From assembly GCF_018977255.1 (NCBI RefSeq), contig NW_024704742.1, positions 77,440,001 through 77,504,000 on the forward strand: a stretch of 64,000 bases of DNA. Reading direction: 5' to 3'. Each line of letters begins with the position of its first letter. Within the stretch, counting starts at the first letter, position 1. Under the pieces are notes generated by a model. The model searched no databases. It was not told the DNA's origin and was given only the letters and a program-made list of their open reading frames with translations. The DNA comes from Callorhinchus milii (taxonomy: Eukaryota). A program made the position numbers and the translations under genes. Positions 13,901 to 27,768 of the stretch are shown here, piece by piece.

Positions 13901-14704
13901 AATGAACATAGCAACACTCCAGCCAGACACTGGAGAAGTTCAGAAATAGATGGGGCCATAAAGAATTACCTTAAATGTGTGATTGGCTGAGTTGAAATGG
14001 GAATGTTTGTATTTTCGGATTGTGGATGACATTGGACAGAAAGGATTTATTTTAAAATGTTCAAGCACTTGTATTCTGCACAAAAAAATGAGCATATCAT
14101 TGCTTTCATGTTACACAAATGGCACTTCAGATAGGAAAACACATCAGTCTCCACCACTGACATTAAAGCTGTGTTCTGGCATTCTTTAATGAATGAAAAT
14201 AGTTTCTTACATTCTTTAGCCCCATTCATTTTAGTGATGTTGTTGGTTCTTGGGTAGAGTTTTTTTTAAATACTTCCTTATAGCTGGTAGTTTCTGAGGA
14301 TGGCCTTGTAGATGTAGATTAAATTTATAACTGTAATTATGACTGTAATCCGACTGCAAGATTTAATTAGAAAATATGGTGACTTGGAAACCAGTTACTG
14401 TCAGCATTATGAAACTTATTGGCATTTGGAGACGTAAATGGATTAGTAGCTGCGGAATCCTAGATGTGTGGCTGACCATTACTTCACAGAAGAGGAACAC
14501 AAACAGAGTCCGTAGCGTTCCAGAGAGTCGGCCACGCAGGATAGGTTAATCTAACATGTAGATGTAAAATGGGTCGTCTCTTCAATAGTGCAGTAAGGCA
14601 GCCTTTCATACCATTCCTTTAGTAAGAAAACACCAAGTCCTGTTATCCTCTTAGGGTGCAGGTCATGATGTGTTGGAAAAAACATAGCAAACAGCATAAC
14701 CAAG

Positions 14705-15060
14705 GCTCCCTACCAACCTGCCCGCTCCCTCCATTCATCGGGCTCCGGTCTGCTCCATGTCTCCCACCCGACACGCCCTACCATCGGTGGCCGGGCTTTC
14801 AGCCTCTCTGCCCCCACACTCTGGAACTCCATCCCACGGGCCCTTTGCTTCGCTTCTTCCCTTACCTCCTTCAAGGTCAGTCTCAAGACCATTCTCTTCG
14901 ACCGTGCCTTTGGTCTCCCTCCCACCTCTCTGCCTTCCCTCACCCCTACACCACCCCTCCCCCGTGCTCGGGCCCAGACATCTGACTGGTCAGCGCTTTG
15001 GGACGTCCACCCGATGTGAAAGGCGCTCTATAAATGTAATTTTGGTGTTGTTGTTGTTGT
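14705..15060 (+). mobile_element. L2 3' fragment
   Basis: Colinear with 30595-30964 of the young L2 (CCTACCATCGGTGG, CTCTGGAACTCCATCCC, TTG tail). Confidence 0.88.
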
Positions 15061-15184
15061 AAAGTGTTGATACAATGTAGTTATGAATTGTGTTCAACAC
15101 CTATGCTGTATGTTTAAACAAAATTAAAATGAATGCTCTTCTTAAGGGTGGATTAAAGCAACATCCAATGTGGTTTTAAATCTT

Positions 15185-15440
15185 AGTTTGTGCTGATTTA
15201 GCTGATCTAGGCACGGCATCAGTCCAGACGTTACATTTGGAGGTTCAAGGGGTAAATCAGCTTGGGTCCTGCTCCTGACTGCTGCTCAGTGACCTCAGCT
15301 GGAAAGTGCAGATGTGTTCGGTGATGACATAGTAGTTTTAATGCCCCTTCATGTGTTTGCCTAGACAACTCTCACTTTCTAGGCTCACACATGAAGAAGT
15401 GCTGATTATTTTAAGTATGGGAAGGTATGCAGGAGGGACT
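15185..15440 (+). mobile_element. Ancient SINE, AmnSINE2-like
   Basis: TTAGCTGATCT, CCTGCTCCTGA, CAGTGACCTCAGCTGGAAAG and CTAGGCTCACACATGAAGAA match my recollection of the AmnSINE2 consensus. Related reverse-strand copies at about 7540-7780, 15920-16090, 40065-40440 and 52035-52265. Confidence 0.55.
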
Positions 15441-18184
15441 TCAAGGTCCTCACCTATAAATCCCTTCATGCCCTATCTCTGTGATCCTTTCCTATTCCAC
15501 TCTTCCACTCAGCAAACTCGAGCTTGCTGAGGTCCCCGTCACTCCTGCTTTTTGATGCCACTTGCAGTTAACTAGCTTGCCATGACTCCCTGTCAAGGTT
15601 AACACGTGAATAGTGGTCACATGGGCACAGGCCCTTTGCTATCTGTTCTGTTTTCTTTTTAGCTACACTCCAGCACCATGCTAATGTCCCACAAATTAAA
15701 TGGTCTTCTGCAAGTCAATGAGTCTTGACACCAATTTCCAGAGAGGACTGACTGCCTTGTTTCAAGGGGAGATACAATACAGCTGGATGAGCTGTGGACA
15801 TTTCTGTCTTTTGCCCAACAGCATGTCCATTGATTGTGTATGTTAATAATAATGCTTTATAATATATTGCTACATACTAATAATATATGCATTATTCATG
15901 ACACCGAGTGACTCTTCAACCTCAGATGGCATCAAAGCTGAGCCTGATCTTCCTCTCGGCCCAAGACCACTACATGTAGGGATCAGAAGCGAAAACCTTG
16001 GCTGATATTCCCCACCATAACTTTTCAGTAGTAGAACCAACTGTAGCCCCAAATATCATTTTAGTTGAGATCAGCTAACTCTTCACTGGCCAAAAACGTA
16101 CGTAGATATACATAGACTGTGTAATGCAGAAACAGACCACTCGGCCCAAACCAGTCAATGCTGGTGTTTATACTCCACATGAGTCTCCACCCACTTCTTA
16201 CTCACTCCCATATCCTATTTCCTTCCTGATGTGAAAGTCTAGCTTCCTTTTAAATGCATCCATTCTGTCTAATTCAAACATTGCTTCGAGCAGATTCTCA
16301 CCACCCTCTGGGTGGCCAAGTTCCTTTTCAATTCTCTTTTAAATCCCCTTTCTTAATACTTGTGTCTCCCCTATCTTATAATTGTGTGGACTCCCCAGCA
16401 AGTGGGAACAGCCAATTTACGATATAGAATTCAAGAAGTGAATTTTGAACCTTAACAATCTGCATCTCTCAACTACTCATTTGAAGAAATGCAAGCTAAA
16501 ATTCCTCCAGTTTATCCAATATTTCTTTCACTCGCTTCTCAAGTGACAGTGGAATTTGATGTAAAATGAACCAATTTTCACAGCTATTTTCCCTTATCTC
16601 AGATTTTGTGAGCAAGAGAGAGCCACAGGAAAGTTGTAAGCAACCAACAGTCCCAACAATTTTCTCCCTGAAACCTAACCACAACTCAGTGGATAGATGT
16701 ATCACTTCAGTACTTCCCTCATCGGTTAATAATCACAGTGCTCCCTTCAACTTGCTTTCTCGTTGGTGCTTCTGATGTCATTTGATGCGTCTCTCAGTCC
16801 GCCATCAAACTTAGTTGACTGGGCACTTGGCCCACTGCTGCACAACTCTGAGCGTGTCTGTCTCCAACTCCTGATTAAATGCATATTTGCTGAAAGATGC
16901 TATCAAAGCATAGCCTTAACTGAAAACAAGGGCCTTTTCAAAGTTGCAATTGTACACTTTAAATGGCTTCGATTTTCTTGGAAAGGAATCTTGGAACTGT
17001 AAGATAATAGTCGATGGAGTCCAGCTCTCAGTGTATTCACCTTGAGGTGGCTGAAAATTTTAGGGGAAAAAAATGAAGAGCCTTCATCTTAACGCAGTGT
17101 CATTTTCCCACCTGTAGCACATGATCCAAGCTGTCAGCATAGCTTCCAGTGTCTGGGAGAATGTTCAGATCATGTAATGGTTGATGTGCACCTTTCCCAA
17201 TCCTGAGTGGAGAACTGCTCAAGTCATTTAAGAAACAGCTCGACTCTGGTGGGAAAATGGTAGGAAGGAAGAGACCAAATGAACTGAAGGGGTGATCTAA
17301 ATACCTCTTTTGTAAATTTTTGATCAGGAGAAATTGGGCTACTGTGATTAATCAAAATTTCGAAGGCATTCAATCACTGTCTGAAAGAGGAAAGTGGATT
17401 TGACCTAATAGATTTCCATCATTTCTGTTTTAGCTTCAGTTTCCTGGGTCTGCTGTTTGGGTTTCACTCTTATCCATTGAGAATGCTGCAGGAAGGTAGC
17501 AGGGATTATAGTGGTTGGTTCACTGGCCCTAAGACATGAGGAAGACTTTTCTGAACTTCCTCCGCAATCTGCTTGTGTTTAGTTGGCTTTATTTAGTAGG
17601 TGGTGGTGGATGGGGGGGAGAGAGTAAGAAAGCTTGATACATGGGGTTGTCTGGCAGTAGTGCCAGCCTGCTGCCAGTTTGCTCACATTTGCTGATGCTG
17701 CAGGATATTAATGGAGGTTTATTGTGGAGCAGAAACAGTCAATGTAAATCATGTTTCCAAATTGACTCTCGCAAGTCTGCAGGGCATTATGAGAAGCAAA
17801 AGGCAGGAAATAAACACTTTAGTCTTACTTTGTAGTTTTGTCATTTTTGATCTGCTCACAAATTAAATTTTAATTAATGTGTTGAGCTCAATAAAGTCAA
17901 GCCTTTTAGTCAAGTGAGATATTGCAAATAATTAGTGCGGATTATTCCTTGATCTGCCACTTAATTTCATCGTTCGATTTGTGAATCAAAATAGAGATTT
18001 ATGAAAGCGGCCACTTAATGCAAAGTTCAACACTGGTCAGGAGGTGGGACAGGAACAGGGTAGAGGGTAGGATTTGGGTCTGTGGGGTGGGGTCTCTTTT
18101 CTTCCTTGTGATCAAAATTAATTTGATGTCCTAAATCAGAAGGCAAGTGTTATGGATTTATTTTAATGGTAATCGTTTGCTTTG

Positions 18185-18457
18185 TGGCTTCATCTCTTTG
18201 CAAGCGAGAGACCTGGGTTCGATTCCCGGCAGGGCGAAACCTTGGGCAAGTTTCCTCAAGAAAAAAAAAGAATAATTTGGTCACTTCAATCCACGACTAT
18301 TTGTGGGACATTGCTATGCGCAATTGGCTGCCGCAAATTGTATATTTGCCAAAAATATAGAATCAATTCACTTTTACAGTATATTCTGTGAAGCGCTTTG
18401 AGACATCTACAAGACATGAAAAACACTATATCAAATGCAAGGATTATTATTATTATT
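18185..18457 (+). mobile_element. tRNA-Ala/Deu SINE with damaged head
   Basis: TTTGCAAGCGAGAGACCTGGGTTCGATTCCCGG, then core and GCAAGG(ATT)n tail. Confidence 0.85.
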
Positions 18458-19317
18458 AATTGAGTGCAATGAATGCACTAAATATAACAGCCAAATGTGT
18501 GACCGATGGGAACTTCAATATGACCTGATTGGGTTTGTGCATGAGGACTCTGCAATAGGGAGCAGAGAAATATTAAGCAGAATAGTGCATGTCTGTGCCC
18601 ACAGCTCCCCTCCCTATATCAGCTGAGATGAGTGTTGGTTGAGGGTGGCATAATGAATGAAAAATAAGTGTTTATCCCACAATAAAGGAAAGAGACCGCA
18701 ATGCTGCACCCATTCATCACTAGATGCCCCATAAGAGATTGAAAGTAGAATAAAATTCACATCATTAAAGACAATAATCCCTGAGTTTGATACAGCGCCT
18801 TGCACATTGGGAGGACGGCTCAAAGCGCTTCACAGGATTTACTGTGTAAGTGACTCCGTATTTTGTAGCTAGAGATCAGTAAGATTTAGAAATCCGTGAG
18901 ATAGATCTTGGTGAGCAACACAAAAATATTACACAAAAATACTGAATAACCTCAGAAGCTAAGATTGAATCAATAAAGGAGAATATTCCCATATCTATCT
19001 TACTTAATGTGATTATTTATTCTCACTTTAATAGAAATCCCCCCCAAAACTAATAAATCCTCAAAGGATAGAAACAGAAACTGTTCTTAATGAAAACAAT
19101 TCTATAAAAGTTTTGTGTTTAATGTGTATTTTATGTACGTTTCATTTCTCCATTGTACTATAGTGAATATTAATCATTTAACTGTGTTAGTGGTGTTTCG
19201 CCCCTTGAGTACAGATTTTTTATCTCGCAATTTCTTGCTCTCCGAGCTGCTCAGCTATCCCCCACCCTCCCTCCTTCAGCCAGGAAAGTGAACCTGTGTG
19301 TGTAACAGGCTGCGCAA

Positions 19318-19640
19318 ACAACAACAAAATTACATTCATGTAGCACCTTTCAACAACAACAACTTGTATTTATATAGTGCCCTCCTCACACAGTAACGGA
19401 TCCCGGGACTGAGCCAGGGGGAGGGTGAGGGGGAGGGAGGTGACCAAAGGCCTGGACGAAAAGAAAAGTCTTCAGCAAAGACTTGAATATAGGAAGGGAG
19501 GGAGCGAGGCGAAGGGAGTGAGGAAGGCAGTTCCAGAGCCTCGGGGCATAGTGGCTGAAGGCACAGCTGCCGAGGATAGAGCAGAGTGGACTTTCACGTC
19601 GGGAGGACGTCTCAAGGCGCTGGACAATCAGTGTTTCGGT
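19318..19640 (-). mobile_element. L2 tail with a second L2 3' fragment nested inside
   Basis: Two (CAA)n tails; the inner element 19353-19590 is flanked by CTTTCA at 19347-52 and 19591-96. Confidence 0.8.
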
Positions 19641-22600
19641 GGTTCTCAATGTAACCCCACACTAGGCCAGCAGGAGGTGTAGCTCAAAATGCAGCAAGTC
19701 AGACAAATTTCTTCTGTGAGATGCAACACTGCAAATGAGACCCCTTTTTTTGCCCAGCACTCTAATGGTGACTTGTAAAATGAAGAAAAGTTAGGAAGCC
19801 AGCAATCATCTTACATCAATAGTATTGCGCACACAAAGCAGTTTCACTTTTCAACAGGTTTGTTCCGTGTATATCGCTGCAGTAGTCCTAAGATTGAAGT
19901 AGTAGATTTTCATTTCAAGAGGAGATACGATGCCAAAAAAGGGAATACAGACATTTGATGCTGCTTTTCATTACAAGGTGGCTTTAGAGGCAGGCTTGAC
20001 TCTGTAAGCAAACTTGTAAAGTGAAAGCGTTATCTGCACATATATTCACTGATAATGTTCACAAATAGCTACATATCCAGTTCCTTTTTTGAAGGCTTTA
20101 TACATCCAGTATTATATTACAGTGGTACTCCATTATGACACAGACTCACTTGTAAGTCTGGTGGCCAGCTTCCTTGTGCTGTGCTTGCGCAGGTTGCTGC
20201 ACAAACTAATTTACTTCCGTGGGTAGGTTTGGTTAAGCCAGTGGCTTTCCTCGTGTATGTAAAGTGCAAAATAAGTGCACATTGTCTGTGACCTGATCAC
20301 CCAGAATTCAGCAATTATTTTCGTGTGAGAAGTGAGCTTGCTTTCTGAGTGCAAGTACAATGATGGTGATCAGTGTTACGATATGGAAGTGCTGATCAGC
20401 AGTTGCCTCCCATAATAGGTAGATGGGAATTTCATGGGCCCCACACTACTGCATTATGATGAGGCTGAACTGTATCATTGCCCAAAATGCATTAGCTGAA
20501 GTCTGCTTGGATCATCATCATTTCACCACACCCTTCATCTTTTCCACTTTCAAAACTATGAATCTCAACATTCAAAGAGCCGAAAGCCATAAATTAGCTG
20601 GTAGCTTTTGGCACTTGTGTCATGTATATTTGGATTGGTGCCCAATATAGATGCAAACCACAAGAAAGCATATGACATATAGTCTCAGACATCTGTAAGA
20701 GGAAGCTCCCTAACCTGTTTTTTTAATTAATGCACTTGATACAGAATCTTTCACGTCAGGAGGATATTTCAAAGGAGCTTCACAGAACTTACTGTAAACT
20801 GTAGTGATGGCGCGTTTTTGTAGGCAAGTGTCCTGTGTCAGGATTGGTTCACTTGTAAATTTTGGATTTAGTTCAGACTGTATACAGACAGAGAGGATAC
20901 AACAACAACTTGCATTTATATAGAGCCCTTCAAGCAGGGTAGCGTCCCAGAGGACATCCATAGTGCTGATTGGATGACTCCCATTGCTGCACTGCTCATT
21001 GAAGGAACCACGTATAGTCCTCTATGTTAAGAGTTGCTCTGCCATTTTCATGTGACACACACTTTTGATCAGTTGTGGTTCTGTTCCTAACACGGTCCTG
21101 AATAAGTTCTGAAAAGGCTTGTAATAGCCAAGGCAGCATTGCCCTGCCTCTCCTCAAACTCATTAACAACAACAAAATTACATTTGTGCAGCACTTTCCT
21201 GATTGAAGCATTGTTGGCTGCTAATATTTCACAGGTTACCAGAATTAAAAAGGTGCTTTTTGAGGGGAAAATAAACTTCCTACTTTGCTAATCTAGTGGA
21301 GAGCAGAGAACAATTACCGTTTAATCCTTAACCTAATTGAGGGAACACCCAATTGCGAGCAATATATTTAATTATATATATGTATTTTGAAAAAGAATTC
21401 TTATTCCACATAATGTTTGTAAGATGATATTCTTGAGAGCTTATGGGAGTAATTTACTGTTCGGATGCTTTAAAAGGCAAAGGCAGATTTCATGTGGAAA
21501 TGTGTGTTGTTTCTCTTTATCTACTTGATTATAGTCTTCGCAGGGAGAAAAAGTAATATTATACAGGGCTGCCTTATAGTTTGTGTGGATTATTCAATTC
21601 ACATCTAAATTGTAATTATACCATCCGTCCCAATCCACCAACACAGCCTCAATTACCAATTAGCAGCAATACTTGGCAAACAGTAAGAGCCTTTTAAAAG
21701 TGGAAATTCCGGCTTGGTTTGTGCCTCCTTTTATAAACGTTTCCTTTGCTTTTACTTTAAAATATTGGCAACGAGACATCAAAATCACCATTGAATTTAC
21801 ATAAAATCAATTAGAGGTGACAGTTGATCTTCACTCTGTCACTGTCTTGTGATTTTGTCCACTGAGTTAAGATTAAGGTGGCCGATGTGTCCAGAAATAA
21901 TTGTACTTGTTGGTTTGTGTTCTCAGCTCGTGAATGATTAGCCCAAACCACTTGCTGCTAAACAGAGTTCTGAATGCAGTGTATCTGCTTCCCAGTCCCT
22001 GGAACCATTTGGTTTTTTTAATCTTTCTTCACTCGTCAGTGCTAGACCCACAAAAGAATCTCTAGAGACCTTCCAGGGCATGCTGATTTTCTAAGATAAT
22101 TACAATATAATCCTTGCAATTGATATAGTGCCTTTCAAGTCAGGAGGACATCTCAAAACACTTCACAGGGTTTTACTCTCTGAAGTGTCATATTTGCAGG
22201 CATAGGTGTATTTTAAGCTTTCAAACTCTATACTTTTCCCTTATGCTGGTGGAAACTGGTGGTACACAAAAGAGAGGTCTTCGTAAAACTGAGATCCTTT
22301 TTTTTAAATCTTATTGGCACTGGAAGATTATTTTGACAGTAGAACAAGTAAAATGCTTTGAATATCTGGAAAACCTCGGAGAACTTTATAAAAATTGTGG
22401 TATAGCATGGTTATGACTGTAGACAATAGATAACTTGAGTTCAAAGTCTGCAACAGTTTGGAATGGAAAAAAAACTGCACAGTGATTTTCCAGAAGGGAG
22501 GCATTTGTCGTGTTTTTCAATTGACGTCGACTGTATCAATATTTGAAATGTTTCTCTATTGACATTCACATCACTGAAGAATAAGGCTACCCGACCGTAT

Positions 22601-23203
22601 GCAATTAATGGAAGAGATCAAGGGAATATTTTGAAATACTTCCCTTCTATTAACTTCTTATTCAGTTCTTAGTATTCAAACCTTTAAATTGTGCTGTGCA
22701 GATATTTCTAAACGTTCCGGATGTATTGGCAGCTCAGTGGTGCAGTAGATGATGAATACATTTGATGGATCTCAGAGAGTCGGAACAAGGGCAAGTTCTG
22801 AGTCTTGCCCAGTGAGATATGGAATAGGCACTTTCTTACAAAGATAGGGGGGGAAATGCACAGAGACACCCTTCTCCCCCCAATCCCCCAGCCAATCTCT
22901 ACTGTCCCACTGACAATGAACCACAGAACACCTCTAGCAAAGATCCAGGAGCAAAACTGCTACAAGTAAACATGGGCAGGAAAATAACGTGTGAAATGTA
23001 AGAACCAGGAATGTGAATTCAGGATATCAGTAGAATATTCTTTCATATTAATTATAACATGATCATTTTCAGTCCATGTAAGGACTGCAGCACCTTGAGA
23101 TATCTGTGAAAGGCACTATATAACTGCTGTTGGTGGGAGTGTTATAATCAAATAGAATCGTTAGAAGGGTTCAGATTGGGATCTATCTCACTTTTATATT
23201 TGT

Positions 23204-23503
23204 GGAGTCCTGTAGCTCAGTGGTTAGAGCACTTGCTTTGCAAGTGAGAGACCTGGGTTCCATTCCCGGCAGAGTGAAACCTTGGGCAAGTTTCCTTTCT
23301 CCATACGCCTGATAATAATCCCTCAAAAAAATAATAAATTGGTAATTTCAATCCACGACTGTTTGTGGGACACTGCTGTGCACAATTGGCTGCCACATTT
23401 CGCCCACAAATATACAGTCAATTCACTATACAGTCTATTCTGTTAAGCACTTTGAGACATCTAGAAGATGTGAAAAGTGCTAAATCAAATTTAAGGATTA
23501 TTA
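23204..23503 (+). mobile_element. tRNA-Ala/Deu SINE, more diverged full-length copy
   Basis: GGAGTCCTGTAGCTCAGTGGTTAGAGC head, Deu-like core and ATT tail. Confidence 0.9.
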
Positions 23504-26500
23504 TATATTTAGAAATTCAGAATTGCACTTCTCCACTATGTTCAAGGCACTATATCAGATGCAAGGATTATTATAAGATACAAATGAGTTAGGGCTTCAC
23601 CAGTACATAAAGGTTCAGCTAATTCTATGAAGAACTGAATAATCTAATACTCCATCCACAGTCAATAGCTACAACCAAATGTTATAATTCATTTGAGGCT
23701 GAATTAGCTTTGCCACTTTACTTGAAGTCTGGAGAATGTTTACCTACCCTGCATAATGACTTCTTTACCTGTAACTTAGTGTTTGGTTTTGATCAAGCTA
23801 GCCTGCAGGATTCCAGTAAGTATCTTGCATTCACTTACATTGTGGAACATCTAATATCCAATGTAATTAAATGGATTCCACGATGAGTAATGGAAACTCT
23901 TGGATAATCCAGAGTCCAAAATATTAGTCTGGCACAGTAACGGGCACTACTACAGTACATGGAAAAAAAAGAAACATTTTGTAGTTTTAGTCACTGCTGC
24001 ATCACATGAAGAGAAGGAACATTATTAGGAGAGCAAACTGGTGAAGCCAAGGAGCTAAAAATACATCTTCATCTCTGTTGGTGACAGGCTGTTTTGGTCT
24101 GTAGCAGGAAAGGCACTTTGGTTCCCTTAAATGAAAGTGGTTCCTTTGCCTGCTTCATGCAGGCAAGTTCCAGCCTATGAATACCCCTGTCGTTCCAGCA
24201 ATCAGGAGAACGTGATGTGCTTCACACACAACTTGTGTCCAGGAGCGCAGATCTCTTTTTTTGATTAGAGTCTTGGTTAGGGAATATTTCCACAATGAAT
24301 GAGTCTGATCAGGAGTCAACCTGTGAATTGAATGTGCTATTTAAACCAATTATGAAAGACATTCAAATGGAGTGTCTGGACTTATACTCATCCTGAGTAT
24401 AAAGTTCCTAATTACCATAACACACAAAATGTATGCAGCCAGCTACTACCTGTATTGAATACTATAAATAAAACACCTCGACCCTCAGCTCAGGTCCGAA
24501 ACTCTGTCTGTCCAGCGTCTTGGGATGTTCTCCCGACATGAAAGGTGCTATGTAAATGTAATTCTGTTGTTGTTGTTGCTGAATGGCTACTCCAGGCCTT
24601 CTTGTTCTTGAAAAATATATGGCTCTGGCCAAGATGAGATGGGGGTGGGGGAGGAACAGTCAATGACAGCAACTCCCACCAAACATTTTATCTTGGACCA
24701 ATAGCAAATTGCATTTACACAGCACCAGCTCAGGATTCATCCGTAAAGTGTAGTGGCCGTGCGTTTTGCAGGCGTAGGTGTATTTTAAGATTTCAGAGTC
24801 CATGCTCTTCCCTTACGCAGTGGATAACTGGAGGCACACAAAAGAGAACTCTTTCCATCATCTGTAAAACTAGCTTATAAAATTGAGATACTGTCACAAT
24901 TTTTAAAAAAATGTTAATGGCACTCAAAGATTAGAACAAGTAAAAAGTTCACGGAGGATAAATGAAATTCTAAATTCACGATGCTAAACCACAATTCACA
25001 ATGTAGGCAAAGCTAGAGTTCATCAGGAAGAGAAACCAAGATCTAACAAGATTAAGTCGACAACAACTTGAGACTGTTGACTTGAAATGTAACAGGATGT
25101 GGAATTTGGGAAAACGGTTCTAAATTAGAAGCTGATTTTTAACAGCACCCAAAACGGACTGTGACAAACCAGCTTCCTCATTATGACTGCAGTTAGGCAA
25201 TGTTTTAAAAAAATTTGCACAATTTTATATTTAAAATGAGAGACAAGAATCTTAAGACTAATACTATTCTGTATTTTGTGCCTCTGGTTTCCACTGTCAT
25301 TCATGTTGAACCCTGCAGGGCCTTTAACAGTCCATACAACACCCAAGATGCTGATAAACTCTCTGTAAATTACTTTTTGGAAATAATTACCAACTGAACC
25401 GGCTGCAAGATGTGCTTGGCAGCGGAGTGTCAGAAATGAATGAATCCTCTGGGGCAGTTTTGATAGTCCAAGATGCTACCCTGTGTGAAGGGCACTATAT
25501 AAATGCAAGTTGTTATTGTGGTCTGGTTCCTGAGCCAAGCGGGTCTGCAGTAATCCAAGGAATTGTTGACAACAGACTAGACCTGCCTGGCATGTCAGCA
25601 GGATTTGGAGGGGCAAATAAGTCATAGAGCAGGGATCTTGCCCACTCATTGGTGTTGCAGACTAAAGCTCTAATGGGTGGGTGGTTCTAGCTGGACAACC
25701 AATGGGAAGTTTGCCAGATAGTGCTCTCACCAAACCTTGGTTCTCACCAACCTGTGCCCAATACTATCTGGAATTGTGTAAACTGGGTACTCCAGGGAGA
25801 GAGAGTGCATGAAATTCCAAACACATGGAACACATGGTAAATAGCAGACATGTAGAAATCAGTTTGTTTGGACATTCTTAACATGGTGATGGATTTCTAC
25901 AAGTGTAGATACCAAAAAAATATGTTTAAATAAATAACAACTTAGGACTGTAGTCTACATTTCCAGAGTGAGATTGTTATCAAACTGTACAATGTCTCAG
26001 GATCAGGAGTATTGTTTAATAATGTCCCATGAATATTGCGGTGGATAATCAAGAAGGTGGATGATCAAGGTAGAGAGTGAAAAAGTGGCACTTGGAGTTT
26101 TGACACTTATAGGAATAAATGAGTTTAGCCTCCATTATGTGAGACATCTTTGGAGTTAATCATCAGAGTTGCATGGTCACATGTTGGACTTTGGCTCTGA
26201 CTTGAATAGAATGCATTAGTCCTCAACATTTGATTTCTGAATCAATAGGACAGTGCTTTGAACTGGACATGTCTATGCTGTACTTGCAACACGATTGTAA
26301 GGACCGCCTTAAATTGCTCACCTGAAAATGTAACTTTCGTTTTATTCTTTAATTGGGGCAGGGTACAACTTTATGAGGTACTTGTTGCTTTTTTGTGCTT
26401 TGTAAGCTTGTGCGATGAGTGATAATGGTAATTCATTTTAACTGTGCGCACCAGCAATTTTAGGAAACCACTTACGTAGAAAAAACAATTTGTGGGAGGT

Positions 26501-27099
26501 ATCTGTCGCCCTCCCACAGTGGAGCCCCCAAACAGCCTCGGGTGCTTCAAAGCTGCAACTCTGCATTTTCCTTGCAAACTGGTTCAGACCGGGTTCAAAT
26601 GAAAGCACTGCTGGCTTGTCCACGGCAGCCACACCACCACTTAGCCATCCAGCCCACAGAGCAGCACCCTTAGATTCCTGCTGTTGGTGCTGGAGCTGAG
26701 ATAAAGGAGCTTCTCTGGAGAAGGCTTTAACCACGTAATGGGAAGACACGTTCGCCCACTAAACACACAGTTGCTACACTTTACAGTGAATCCCATGAAG
26801 CATTTTGAGACATCCTGATAATATGGGGCGCCGTATCAAATGCAAGGATTATTATTGTTCTGATTTAATGTCGGGCAGGACACAAGCTAAAATTGGGACT
26901 AAACAATTATATAACAGTGAAGATGGCTATTCTGGGAGGATGAGATCAAATGGTTTCAAAGGGTTTTCTTCATCTATATCTCTCTCTCGTAATCTGCTGA
27001 GACACATTGCTATTGTGCTTGACCTTGAAGGGGAGGACACTTTGAAGCACCTCAAGATAATTGGGACGCAGAAAGGGCACTGTCTGCTGAAATTAATGA

Positions 27100-27768
27100 C
27101 CATCAAACCCATGACCCGCTCCGCCTTTCCCCACCTCTGCAACATTGCTTGAATATGCCACTGTCTCACACCACAGGCCACCAAGACCCTCATACACCCA
27201 TTCATAACATCCAGATTTGACTACGCAAACTGCTTGTTGGCCTCCCCTACTCCTCCCTCCATAGACTGCAGATCATCCAAAACTCTGCAGCCCGTGTTCT
27301 CTCCCATACCCTATCACTCTCATCCTTGCCCAACTCCACTGGCTTCCCATCACACAGAGAATACAGTTCAAGATCCTAGTCCTCACTTTCAAAGCCCTCC
27401 ATGGCCTTGCTCCTTCCTATCTCTGCAACCTCCTAACCCCCTACCAACCTGCCCTCTGCTTCTGCTCAGTGGGCTCTGGCCTGCTTCATGTCCCCCACTT
27501 TGCCTGCCCTACCATTGACGGGCAGGCCTTCAGCCACTCCGCTCCCACCCTCTGGAACTCCAACCTGCAGTTCCTCCATCATGCCCCCTCCCTTGCCTCC
27601 TTCAAGACCCATCTCAAGACCCTCTTCTTTAATTGTGCCTTTGATCACCCTCCTTCCCTCCACCCTGCCCTCCACCCTCCCAGATCCTGACCCCCAGCTC
27701 AGGTCCGAAACACTGATTGTCCGGCGCCTTGGGACATCTTCCCAACGTGAAAGCCGCTATACATGTTA
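27100..27768 (+). mobile_element. Diverged L2 3' fragment
   Basis: Degenerate SRFDYAN, FKILVLTFKALHGLAP and AFSHSAPTLWNS motifs plus an L2 tail. Confidence 0.85.

Noticed and set aside
17101..17259. 12-bp inverted repeat CATTTTCCCACC / GGTGGGAAAATG
   Set aside because: Probably a decayed MITE remnant. Too short and unsupported to call a miRNA or structured RNA.
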